Below, piece by piece: positions 1-13,393 of a DNA stretch of 64,000 bases (positions are counted from its first letter, which is position 1; each line of letters begins with the position of its first letter). Source of the DNA: Blastocystis sp. Blastoise (Eukaryota; Protista; Bigyra: Opalinata). The stretch covers positions 1,860,001 to 1,924,000 of the forward strand of contig JBBPEB010000015.1 in NCBI GenBank assembly GCA_039096225.1, read 5' to 3'. The position numbers and the translations under genes were made by a program. Under the pieces are notes generated by a model. It was not told the origin of the DNA, ran no database searches, and saw nothing but the letters and a program-made list of their open reading frames with translations.

Positions 1-120
1 GGATCATTCTTTATTTATATACAACAAAAAAAACTATATTTAAATATTATTATTATTTTTATATAAATAATGATGCTATTATTATATTAAAAGAGAGTAT
101 ATTTCTTTAATTCTCTATAC
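1..120 (+). other. 3' end of probable U12-type AT-AC intron
   Basis: Branch-like TTCTTTAAT at 103-111, followed by AC at 119-120, directly before T-GTT-GGT-AAA-CGT. The nearest AG would insert non-homologous YISLILY. The donor lies outside the window. Confidence 0.65.
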
Positions 121-1648
121 TGTTGGTAAACGTGCTACTTTATGGTGTCAAGATTTCCTTATTGATTTAGATAATGTAGAATATCAAATTGATCATTTAC
201 CTTTCCGTGGAGTTAAAGGTACTACGGGTACTCAAGCTTCTTTCTTAGATTTATTTAATGGAGATCATGATAAAGTGAAAGCTTTAGGAAAGAGAGTATG
301 TGAATTAATGGGATTTGAAAAGGATATTGCTGTTTCAGGTCAAACTTATACTCGAAAAGTTGATTATTATGTAATGAGTGTTTTAAGTGGTATTGCTGCT
401 TCTTGTTATAAGATGGCAGGAGATATTCGTTTATTAGCTAATCTTAAAGAAATTGAAGAACCTTTTGAAAAGAATCAAGTATTTATAGAATTATTATGTA
501 GTTTTAATATTATTATAATAATTTTTTTTTTTTGAATTTCTGTTCTTATTGTTCTTTAATAAATATAATAAATATAATAAATATAATAAATATAATAAAT
601 ATAATAAATATAATAAATATAATAAATATAATAAATATAATAAATATAATAAATATAATAAATATAATAAATATAATAAATATAATAAATATAATAAGTA
701 TAATAAATATAATAAATATAATAAATATAATAAATATAATAAATATAATAAATATAATAAATATAATAAATATAATAAATATAATAAATATAATAAATAT
801 AATAAATATAATAAATATAATAAATATAATAAATATACTAACTATGCTAACTCTATAGATTGGTAGTTCTGCTATGGCTTATAAGCGTAATCCTATGAGA
901 TGTGAACGTATTTGTTCTCTTTCTCGTTATATTATGAACCTTCCTGAAACATGTGCTAACACTCATTCCTGCCAATGGTTTGAACGTACTTTAGATGATA
1001 GTGCTATTCGTAGAATTGTATTACCTGAAGCTTTCTTAGCTACAGATGTCATCTTAACTATTGCTACTAATGTTACTAGTGGACTTGTTGTCTGGCCTAA
1101 GGTATGCATATATAAGATTTATTTCTCTATTCTTAATGATATCATTTAACCATTATTATTTTTTATGTGTAATTAAATCAATTTACCATTCTATTCTGTT
1201 AATCTCTATACTCTTATTAAAAAAATAAATATTAACATTTAATAATCATTTCTATATTTATTATATTTTATAAATAAAATAATCTTTAAAAATTATTATA
1301 AAATATATTTTATAATAAAATAATCTTTAAAATAATCTTTAAAATAATCTTTAAAATATATTATAAAATATATTTTATAATAATTTTTAAATTATTTCTG
1401 TCTTTAGGTTATTGAAACTCATGTTCGTGAACAACTTCCTTTTATGGCTACTGAGAATATATTAATGGAATGTGTAAAGGCTGGTGGTAATAGACAAGAT
1501 TTACATGAAGCTATTCGTGTTCATTCTATGGAAGCTGCTCGTGTTTTCAAAGAAGAAGGAAAACCATTCGATTTACTTGAAGTATATAACATTATATATT
1601 ATTATTTTCATTATTTTTTTATAATTAATTATTTTTTTAAATATTATT

Positions 1649-1711
<63 letters not shown>

Positions 1712-1898
1712 GCGTATTAAGGCTGATCCTTTATTTGCTCCTGTTCATGATAGATTAGACAGTATTGTCAATCCTCATGCTTTTATTGGTCGTGCTCCTG
1801 AACAAGTCACTGAATTTATTCAAGAATGTGTCGATCCTGCTCGTGAAAGAAATGCTACTTATCTTAAGAATACTCATTTAGATGCTGTTTCTGTCTAA
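121..1898 (+). CDS. ADSL: Adenylosuccinate lyase (5' part outside window); 4 exons visible
   Basis: Spliced translation contains (T)[30 protein letters not shown] and the fumarate-lyase signature [15 protein letters not shown] introns; stop TAA 1896-1898. Confidence 0.95.
558..836. repeat. Intronic 9-bp tandem repeat (AATAAATAT)n, about 31 copies
   Basis: Directly visible; source of the spurious NKY/IIN ORFs. Confidence 0.97.
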
Positions 1899-2286
1899 GT
1901 TAAAAACTCATCTTTTTTTCAATTTTTTATAACTTATTTCATTTATTTAATAGTCTTTACATGATATTCACAAAAGATCTATATTATGTATTCTTTATTT
2001 TTAAACCTATTGTTTTGTTTTTTTGTTTATTTTCAATTTCCATTTATATTTATTTTTTTCTATTTATTATAACTTGCAATTTAGAACACATGATATACAA
2101 TAATTTTAAACTTAGTACCTTGATTAGCACCTATAATACACCTTTTCATAAAAAAAAAATGATTCAAACATGATTACCAGTATTATTTGTATTTACTGAC
2201 TGAAATAATGAATTATAATCATTATTCTTTTCTTCTTTTTCGATTTTAAATTCTTCTTTTTTTTGTGTTTATTATTGAATACTAGT

Positions 2287-3141
2287 ATGTCAGATTCTGA
2301 AAAATCAACAGAGTACTATTCTAACATCTATATATTTGATAAGAATTATTCTTTATAGAACTAAAAAGAGAATTTCTTACAATTTTGATCCTGATTCTCA
2401 TTCAAGCGATCCAAAAACATCACAAACAACTTCCAAACCTATCTTCGAGTATGCTCCAAAAAATTCTTCAAGAGAAAGAAGACATTCATTCGAAGTATAT
2501 TATCAAATCCAGAATAAATAAATATATATATTTATAAAGTAACTTTATGATTTTATGTAAATATTTAGGGAAGAAATCGACATTATGATGAAAAGAAAAG
2601 AGATTATGATTCAAAAATAGAGAAAAACTATACTCCACGTTATAGAGATACAAGAGAAAGATATAATTATTCATCAAAGACTTTTTCAAGGGAACAATCT
2701 CGTTCTGATGCCACAAAAACACCATCTACTCGACCCAATCGAGATATGAATAGACCTGCTTGGAAAGAAAGAAGACAACCAAGTTGGTCTCATGATCAAT
2801 TTGGTCAAAACGAAAGAAATGCTAAACGTGTAGAACTCATTGAGAAACGAAATCAACAGAATGAACAAATTAGACAAATTATCAAACAAAGAATGGCTGA
2901 GAGATTAAAGGAAAGACAAAATGAGAATCCTTCTACTCAAACTACAGAAGTAAAAGAAGTTTCAAATTCTCTTACTACTACAACTGATGAAAAGAAGGAA
3001 CAAACACAAATTACTGATATCTCTAATCAGAATAAGGAAATGATAAAAAATGATACTACAAATGGAAAAGACCTTGAAACAAGTGAACAAGAAACTATAA
3101 ACAAACAATCCGAAATAAGAACTGAAGATACTAAGAATTAA
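2287..3141 (+). CDS. Hypothetical R/S/D-rich protein with WSHDQF (WxHD) motif and coiled coil; 3 exons
   Basis: ATG at 2287; two GT-AG introns join an open frame to ORF 2746-3141. Confidence 0.7.
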
Positions 3142-3589
3142 ATCCATTAAAAGAAAGAGTATATTATCTTATTATAACGTTTTCTTTACTATTTCTTAAA
3201 ATTTTATTTTTTTTTACTAATACAAAAAATCTATCTACTATAGGCAACTATATATAAAATAAATATATAATTGTTGTATATTAATTTATAACATTCTTTT
3301 AATTCTTGTTTGTTTTCTTTAAAAAACTCATTCTGTTGTCTCAAGGCAATGACCATAATAATGCAAAAGTTAAAATTATGATTTAAGTTAAGTTGTCTTT
3401 CATTTCAACTTTATTATTTTTGGAATTACCTTAATTTTATAATATTGACATTCAGTAATCAAAATAAATTCAAATACATATAAAATTATAAATAAAATGT
3501 TCAACAACAAAAAAACGTATACAAAACAGATAAAAAAAGAAACAAAGTATCTTCTTTTCATTCTTTTTTTTTATATGATAGCAATAGAT

Positions 3590-4901
3590 ATGCAAGGAAG
3601 ACAGAGAAGAGTTGAAAAACCATCACCTATACATGAAAAGGTCATCAATAATAAACAAACAGATGAGAAATGTGATTCTTTATTCAAGAGAACTTTGAAA
3701 CTAGTATTTGGAATCTTATTCATTCCTATCATTTGCTATTTTGTTTTCTCAATGTCTTATGACTACTGGCTGAAGAGATATAGAGAAAATAAGTATCATG
3801 AAGTTAATGTTCCTATACAAAGTTACTCTTCTAACAACTATCCAACTGTTGGTAAATTTGAAATTCTTGATCCTGAAGTTGAGAAATTAATAAGTCCAAA
3901 CACTGAAGCTTTTGTTCTTGGAGAAGGATTTAAATTTGTTGAAGGTCCTGTATATATTTATATTATATTTTGTAACAGTCATAATAAACTTATCTGTTCT
4001 ATCTTAAAAATATTAATGTTTTATTTATAAGTTTGTTTTTAATGATCAACATTCATTTTTCTTTTTTTTTATATATATTTTTAATATTTTTTTTTAGGTT
4101 TGGAACAAATATGATTCTAAAGGATTTTTATTATTTTCTGATATTCCTAATAATTGTATATATCGTTGGTCTGAAGAAACTGGATTTGAAGTTTATAAAT
4201 ATGAATCAGGTACATCTAAATATAATGCATATACTAGACTAGAACCAGGTACCAATGGATTAGCTATTAATGTATATATTCATTATGTTGTTTATATATA
4301 TATTAATTATGTTGTTTATATATATTTATTATGTTATTTATATATATTTATTATGTTGTTTATATATATATTTATTATGTTGTTTATATATATATTTATT
4401 ATGTTGTTTATATATATATTTATTATGTTGTTTATATATATATTAGTTATGTTGTTTATATATATATTTATTATATTTTTTATATATATGTTAATTATGT
4501 TGCTTATTTTTTTTATTATTATATGATTATATATATATAATTATATGCCTATATATAGCCTATAACAAAAGAGTTATATATGTGTCAACATGGAAATCGA
4601 AGAATATTTAAAGAAACACTTAATTTTGATTCTTATGGTGATATATATAAGGAAGAAGTCGTAGTAGATAATTATGAGCAACAAGAATTAAATAGCCCAA
4701 ATGATTTAATCTTTAATAAATATGGAGATCTTTATTTTACAGGTATAATGGATTCTATATATATATTATATTTATTATTATATATTATATGTTCTATAAC
4801 ATTATTTTTTTAAAATTTTTATGTAGATATTATATATATAAAGTGTAGTTTATTCTTTATATTATATATATTATATATTATATAACATTAATTTTTTTAA
4901 T

Positions 4902-4938
<37 letters not shown>

Positions 4939-6083
4939 GACCCCCCTTATGGTCTTCCTACTCAAGGTGATGAGGATTCTCTGAAACAACTCCCTTTTAA
5001 TGGTGTTTATCGGATTAATAAAGAGAATAGTATCTTATGATATATATATATATATATATATATACATTTCTTATTATTTATATATACTTCTCAGAATTCT
5101 CTATATTTTAATTGTTTATAAAATATATATATTTTTGTAATAGTTAGTTTTATTATTATTACTCTTACATATATATACATATAGATACACTTTCCCTCCT
5201 TTATGATTCTCTTACCCGCCCAAATGGCATCGTCATCTCTCCTGATGGATTCACTCTCTATATATCTGTTTCTGACCCAAATAATAAAGTCTGGATGGTA
5301 TATATATATATATATATATATATATCATTATTTTCCTAATAATATTCTTATTTTAAAAATATAGTTTATTTTCTTGATATATATTATAATATATACTATA
5401 TTATTATCTACAGAAAGCCTCTCTTCCTGATGGACGAACCCCCGGATCCCTCACAACGTTTTATAACGGCAACGATTTAGAAGGCGAAGGTTTACCTGAT
5501 GGTATATATATTTAATTTTATTATGTGATATATATATATATATATATCACATAAACATATGATTTTATGTTATATATATATATATCTTTTAAAATGAAAT
5601 ATCGTTTATTATATATTACAATTTAGGCTTTTAATGATATATATATATATATATATATATTCTTCTATAGGTATGACAGTGGATATAAATGGAAATATAT
5701 ATGCCAGTGGACCTGGCGGTCTTCATATATTCAATCCTCAAGGAAAAAGAATATATATATATATATATATATTATTATTATTATTATTATTTCTTTTTAC
5801 AAAAAACAATATATATATATAAAATATATTATTATTTTATACTATTATTTTTTATATGACTATATATATATATATAGATTGGCTTTTTATCCCTTCCTAA
5901 TCCTCCTACAAATGCTGCCTTTGGAAGTATAGATGAAGAGGGACATGCCTATTTATATATATATATGTATTACTATTTTATATACTATAACTAGGATTGA
6001 TTTTAATCCATATATATATATATAGATATATAACAATGAAACATAAACTTCTTCGTATTCCAACATTAACACATGGAATATAA
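3590..6083 (+). CDS. SMP-30/gluconolactonase family beta-propeller with N-terminal transmembrane anchor; 8 exons
   Basis: Motifs GFKFVEGPVW, LLFSDIPNN, GTNGL, LNSPNDL, LYFTDPPYG, RPNGI, PDGMTVDINGNIY and PTNAAFG. Hydrophobic stretch LVFGILFIPIICYFVF. Start could be 3497. Confidence 0.9.
4272..4500. repeat. Intronic ~24-bp tandem repeat (TATATATATTTATTATGTTGTTTA-like)
   Basis: About 8 degenerate copies visible. Confidence 0.85.
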
Positions 6084-6757
6084 ATAATTATATGATTATT
6101 AATATTGTTTTGTTTATACATAGAGTAAATACCATTCTTTGTTATTCACAATTTAATCTTAAAAATCATATTTTAAATACTTTCCCTTGTTTATATTTAT
6201 TATTCATAATTAACTAGTTGTTTACTGATAAATTCAAATTTAAAACAAATGTAGCTATTTCTGTTAAAAAAAACGTATATTTCTATATATATATATATAC
6301 TGTTTCTCTATGATTAGATAAGATGCCAAACAAAAAAGAAAGAGAAGAATCGTCATATTAAACACTTATAAAACATATGAAATGATAATAGATAATATTG
6401 AATGATATATAAAATATATATAACAACAAAGCTCAGAAAAATGAAAAGAAAGAATACTAATGATTATAAATAAAACAATTAATTTAATTCGCGAAAAACC
6501 AATTAATAGTTTCTATTTAAACAAAGTGAAAAAAAAAGAAAAACTCTAAAATATATTGAAATATCAATTGAAGAAAGATACTGTCATAATAGTATTAAAT
6601 GAAAAGTGAAAAAGAAAATATAAATGTGAATATAGAAGAAGAAAAATAAGAAAAATAAATACTACAACTTGTATAATTGTAAAAAAAAAAAATAAAAGAG
6701 CATAAATAATAGTATGAGTAACGATAGTAACAACATATATATATATATTAAAATAAT

Positions 6758-7004
6758 TTAATCGTGTTCTTGTTGAGAAATAGCTATAATTATATCTTCT
6801 AATATAGTTTCATAAATATGGGAATCATCACTATCAACGCTTTTATTGAAATCATCCTCTTGGGAATATTCTTGTATTCCTTCATCTATTTCTATTTCTG
6901 TTTCGTTTGGTATGTCTTCTATTTTATTGCTTATTGAAGAATTAAGATTATTCTGTGATGAAGAAATAGCACTTATTCCTTCGTTTTCTATTATTATTTC
7001 TGAG

Positions 7005-7045
<41 letters not shown>

Positions 7046-9793
7046 ATTAATATTATTAATATTATCATTATCGTTATTATTAGAGCTAGTAATATCAGTA
7101 CTATTAATAGCTTTATTATCTTCAACAATATTATTGTCTGCTATATTCTTATCTTTAACAATAGTCTCAAGAACATTATTATTTTCAGTTATAATTGTAG
7201 AATTATTGTCTTTATAATTATCATTAAGAATATCATATTTACTATCAGAATTGATAATAGTATTATTTTCATTATTAATAGTGTCTTTCAATTTAACTAT
7301 ATCTTCTAAGAATGTAGTTATTTTATCAACTTCTTCTCTTATAATCATCATCGATTCTTCTTCTTCTTCTTTATCTAGATTATCTTCTCTTTTTTCTTTT
7401 ATTTCCATTTCTTTTCCTTCTACTTTTTCTTCTATTTCCATTTCTTTTTCTTCTACTTTTTCTTCTATTTCCATTTCTTTTTCTTCTACTTTTTCTATTT
7501 CCATTTCTTTTTCTTCTACTTTTTCTTCTATTTCCATTTCTTTTTCTTCTACTTTTTCTATTTCCATTTCTTCTTCTATTTCCATTTCTACGTCTCTTTG
7601 TATCTCTTTTTCTTTCTCTTTACTATTATTACATTCTCTTTGAGCACATACATCTATTACATTTTCTATGATTTGATCTATAGTACATTTTACAATATGC
7701 ATCACTTCTTCTTCTTCTTTTTGTTTCAATATTAATTCTGTTTCTTTATTCACGTCATTCTCACTGTGTTGAATATTTTCTGCTAAATTTGTAGTATTTA
7801 TATTAATAGTCTCATCTTTATTCTCATCTTTATTTTCATAATTATTTTCATCTTTATTCTTAATTTCACTAACATTTTCACTAATATTTTCATCTAAATT
7901 TTCATTTATATTTTGATTATTATTATTATCCTTTACTTTCTCATTCTTAATTTCATTTATATTATTATCTGAAGATTTAATTAATTGTTTTGAATTATCA
8001 TGAATATCATCAGGAATAACCACGGGAGAAGCACCTTTTGATTTAGAAATATAATCTTTATCATTATATAATAAATAATGAGCTTGTGTAATAAAGAAAG
8101 GCAATCTCTTATATTGATTACTATAGAAATAATATATATAATTAAAAAAAAAAAAGAATGAATAAAATAATATCAATAATAATAAGATAAAACAATAAAC
8201 AAATAATAATAACATATATACATTTTCCCTATATATTTATATTGTGAATAAATATATTGTTTGAATCGTTTAATAATATTACTTCTATCTTCATCTGATG
8301 TTTTATCTTGGATAAACAGTCTTTGATGATATATACTATTTAATAATATACGATCTTTATTAGGTTCAAGTAACGTATCTTTCTCTTCATCTATCATTTG
8401 AATATCTTTATTTATATCTAATAATAATACGGAATGTAAAGGTAAATAAATAAATATAGTTATATATATATGATAAGATGGATTAGGTATAAAACAACTA
8501 GTAATTAATTCTTCTTCTTTATTATTCTTTGTAATATATTTAATATAATCAGTTGATGTATATGGAGTATCGATTTCTTTTGAAGCAATTGATTCTATTA
8601 ATGAAGTATTTTCAGACGTGCTTATTTGGGTTGAATCTTTGATTTGTGATTGATTACTATTATTATATGAGTCAGGAGTTATTGTATCATTAGATTTTTG
8701 TTTATTTGGTATATTTGATTTCTTAGGATCTACTTGTTTATGCTCTTTATGTGATTGATTATTTGAAGAATAGGTAAAAGGTTTTGATTCAGATACTGTT
8801 GATACTGAATTCGATGTATTATTACTATTTATAGATACAGAATCCGAACGTTCTAAAGAATGACGACTTATATAGGAATATGTACATGCTTCTATATATA
8901 TATTTATAAAGTGTATTCATTGATACATTATATAAATAAAAAAGAATTAAAAGAATAGAAAAGAAGAAAATTAAAAAGAAATAATAATAATAAAATTAAA
9001 AAGAAATAATAATAATAAAATTAAAAAGAAATAATAATAAAATTAAAAAGAAATAATACTAAAATTAAAAAGAAATAATAATAAAAATAAACAATAATAA
9101 AAATAATAAAAATATACGACTAATTTTTCTTCGTTTCACATCTGGTTCTGTGCCATTTTTAGATATTTTTTCTCTTTTCGTCGATGCAGGCCGTTTAACA
9201 GTTTTTTCTTGTGAATGCAAAAAATGTTGAATTCTCTTTTGGCTCTCCATCATTTGATGTGTTATATAATGCTTTGAAGACTTCTCTAAAGGATTGAAAG
9301 ACGAAGAATAAGGATACAAAGAATCAAAAGTTGTTCCTTTGACTTGATCACGATAACGACTTGTGGGAGTTGAATATATTTTTATTTCACTTTCATAGTT
9401 CAGTCGCCTTTGTTTTAAAGTTTCTAATGGAATACACGTTTCTGAATAATTATAGACCGATATATCATATATTGATGGTATTTTATCAGGATTTGAAAGT
9501 AGGAAATGAGGTGTTGCATTGTAGTAGAAGGGAGTCTTAATGGCTTTATCTAGAAATGAAAATTGAGGAGGTTTGTAGTACTGAGGTGGTGTGGATTGTT
9601 TTGTTCCAGTATTATTTTCATTTTTTGAGCTTACAGCGTATCTGGAAGTTGCTGTAGCAGCATATAAATCTGGAACTCTTGTATTAGTAGGAAAACAATA
9701 AATCGAACCAGGTTGTAATGACGTAGTAGAAGATGCAAATGATGAATTAGGAATTAAAGAGTAAAAACCCGTATTTCCTTGAGGGTAACTCAT
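6758..9793 (-). CDS. Hypothetical low-complexity protein with acidic (EEKEMEIEEKV)n repeats and poly-N
   Basis: ATG at 9793 (MSYPQG..). GT-AG introns link ORFs 9065-9910, 8173-8397 and 6758-8215 in one frame. Confidence 0.7.
7400..7590 (-). repeat. Coding 30-33 bp repeat encoding EEKEMEIE(E)KV
   Basis: Visible in both DNA and translation. Confidence 0.9.
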
Positions 9794-10637
9794 CTCAATA
9801 ATTTGAGAATGATCTAATACAAAAGAAAAATGAGAAAAAATATATTTATGAAAAAAAAAATAAAAAAAGGGAGAGTTGCGTTGAATAACAAGAAAAAAAT
9901 GTTTTATCATTTAGCAAGTAGATCTTTCGCATTACTGACAATAATAGAGTTTAAATATGAAAATTGGTATGATATAAGATGATAAGTGATATAATCTATT
10001 TTATTTTAATATTCTGACTGGTTTATTTGTCAATTTAAAAGAATTATGTCTTCTTTGGAATTAATTCACAGCTAAAATACAAATTCTTATGATTGAGAAT
10101 AAATTTAAACATTAATTATGTCATAGAAAGTATAAAATTCGTAATGTAAATATATTATTGCTCTATTTTTGAATGATTAAACATTACAGCTTATTAAACT
10201 TATATATACAATAAATTACAAATATAATATATATGCTTTTCCATTGAAACATAATATATTTTTCAATGATTTCTTTCCTTTATAACTATTAAACTGTTCG
10301 TTAAAGTGGATTGAATGTATAAATTCATTTATGACTATATATGAATGATTTACGTTCACAAGAATGGCTCACATTCCTTCGTAACAATTATAATTGTATA
10401 AAATCTTATTCATTTTATGTAACCTTGATCCAAAAGACTCGCGATATATATTAAAAACAAAGTTATATGATTAGAAACAAATGAATGCAAAACAGAATTT
10501 TTGGCTGAAAGAGTCTTATTTTTGTGTGTAACTGAAATTGTGGGTCATAAGCGTCGCTTTAAAGTGGCTTAACTCATTTTTCTCGGGATTCAGTTTATTT
10601 TTTAATATATATATTTTTTCGTATATTGATTATATAA

Positions 10638-11310
10638 ATGAATAAAGAAATGCAAAAAGTGATGCCATCTCCATCCTCAGTGAATTCTATTAATTCTGAT
10701 GATTCTACTTCCGTTCAAGTAAAGAATGATTCTATGTATTTGACTGTAAGAGCTGTTAAAAAGCCATTATATGCTATTACATATGACGAATGGTATCGTG
10801 ATAAAACCAGAGATGGAAAAGAAGTGCTCCCACCCTATACACCAAATGGTGTTTTACATTTGTTTGTTTTTATTTTATTAAATTAATTTGTTAATGTTTT
10901 ATATTTTATTAAATTAATTTATTAATGTATTTTATTTTATTAAATTAATTTGTTAATGTATTTTATTAATAGATATGAATCATCAGATGCTCCAGAGGAT
11001 AGAAAAGGTGATCTATCTTTTGAAGACACTACTTACGTTTTTACTGATGACAATGATACACCTCTTATGAAAATCATACCTGAAGTTTCCGATTCCTCTT
11101 ATTGTATATGATTTTCTATATTCATTTTATTATTATTTTATTAGTTTTTTTTTTTTTTTTTGTGTTTTTAATTTTTTTCTTTATATGTATATATAATATA
11201 GATGCTATTATTCGTCAACCAACTATGAAGAACGGAGGTTTGGTTGAACAATGCGAAATTCATAAAATCAATCGTCTGTAAGTTTTATTTGTTTCTTTTT
11301 TTAATTTTAA

Positions 11311-11363
<53 letters not shown>

Positions 11364-12680
11364 TTTACTTCAAAGAAAATTGCTTTAGGATATCACCATG
11401 ATTCTGATAATATTAAAATCAATCCTGAAGAAGGATTTGAAGTATATTAATACATATATATATAATATTACATATAAACAACATTTATCTTCCTTATTAT
11501 GTTTTTTTAAATTGTATTAAGTAGTTTATATATTCATATAATTATTTATAAAAATTTGTAATAGTTCTATATATATTTATTTATGAGTATATATATATAG
11601 AAGAATATGATTCGAAATCTTCCCAGTTCATTTAAGAAAATGCTGACTCCAGTAGAACAAGTTCCTATTGCAGATAATGTATATATATATTAGATATTTA
11701 TATGTATATTTTATAATGAAATAAACATTAAAATAATTATATTTTATATGTATAAACATTTATTTTATATATATATATTTATATATAAAATTTTGTTTTT
11801 CTTTCATAATTTTTTTTATTGTTAAAAATACAAATATTATTTTATATATTAATATATATATATTAGTATATATATTCTATTCCGTTTTCTTTTGTCTAGG
11901 ATGATTTCTTCGATGAGCCCGCCATAACGCGAGGTCGTGGCGGGTCACGTCGTCGTGATGATGACAACGACGAGAAGAACGAGGACACTAATGATATTAT
12001 GGATGAAGGATTACATTATAATGAAGCTGGTACATATATATATATATATAGCATGGCTATTTTTATTTATCATTGATATATATATATATGTTGATCTGTA
12101 TAAATGATATTTATAATTATTTAATTCTCTTTATGTAGTAATGTTTTTAAATATTTATTATATGTTTATTATATATTTATTATATATTAATATATAGCGG
12201 ACCCTGTAGATATTGATAAAGTATATGAAGGAGGTGACGAAGACAACGTGGGTGATTATGTTCCAAGTTATAGTGATGACGATAGCGACGTCATGGCTGC
12301 GAAGGCTGCTAATTTAGATGGCGATGATGTCTTTTCGGATGTATATATATAAATAATTATAAATATTAGTATCTCATATATATAAATAATTATATATATT
12401 AATATCTCATATATATAAATAATTATATATATTAGTATCTCATATATATAAATAATTATACATATTAATATCTCATATATATAAATAATTATATATATTA
12501 ATATCTCATATATATATAGAATGATGACCTTGATGATGATGAAAAAACATCAAAAGATAAAGTGTCTGCTGAAAAAGTATATATATATATATATATATTA
12601 TTATTATTTGCTTTAGTAATTATGATTATAAATATATAGGATGATGATGATGATGATATTGATAGTGTCTCTTCTGCTGT

Positions 12681-12725
<45 letters not shown>

Positions 12726-13393
12726 TAAGACTAGTTCATTTTCTTCACATAAAAGACCTTATGAAGGAGATGATATACGTATATATAAATATATATATGT
12801 ATCATTATGTTGTTGTTATTATTATTAATTCCATATATATATATAGAATCCAAACGTACTGATAATGAGTAATATATATAAATCTATATATATATATAAA
12901 TATATATATATATAGTTTTATATTTACGAATCCTCTTGGAGAGAAATTTGATCTTCGTGTTATTGTATATAATACTATTAAATATATATATAATTATATA
13001 AATAATATAACATCATATAATTAGCCTATTTTTTTTATACTATACATATATATATATAGATAAAAGATATATTTAAAGTCCATCGTGGAGCTATTCCTTA
13101 CGAGGGTGTATTAACCGCGGTTATACAGACACTACAGAGAAAAGGAATAAAGAAATCCTGGGTAAATAGCCATCAGTTAGAAGTGAGTAAGGCAATTGCC
13201 CAAGTTGCTAGTGTTGATCATTATGATAATGGAATAGCACTCTATGTATATATATATATATATTATAATATCATTATTATTTATAATATAATTATTATTT
13301 AATATTATCTTACTTTAATCTTCTTAATTATATCTTCAATTCATGTTCTACTATTGATTTTCATAGCAAATACATTCCAAGACAACATTTTAA
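10638..13393 (+). CDS. Multi-exon nuclear protein, possibly divergent TFIIF alpha (RAP74)-like; ~13 exons
   Basis: All exons splice GT-AG into one frame. N-terminal globular region, long D/E-rich middle and a short C-terminal domain of winged-helix size. The family call rests on architecture only. Confidence 0.45.
12341..12519. repeat. Intronic ~31-bp tandem repeat (ATATATAAATAATTATATATATTAATATCTC), ~5-6 copies
   Basis: Directly visible; fills nearly the whole intron. Confidence 0.9.

Noticed and set aside
532-866. ORFs of IIN/NKY repeats and many similar YI, LLL and YYY ORFs across the window
   Set aside because: They are translations of intronic microsatellites lying between clear GT-AG boundaries.
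6846-7643. Plus-strand Ser/Ile/Leu-rich ORFs
   Set aside because: Antisense shadows of the acidic repeat exon on the minus strand.
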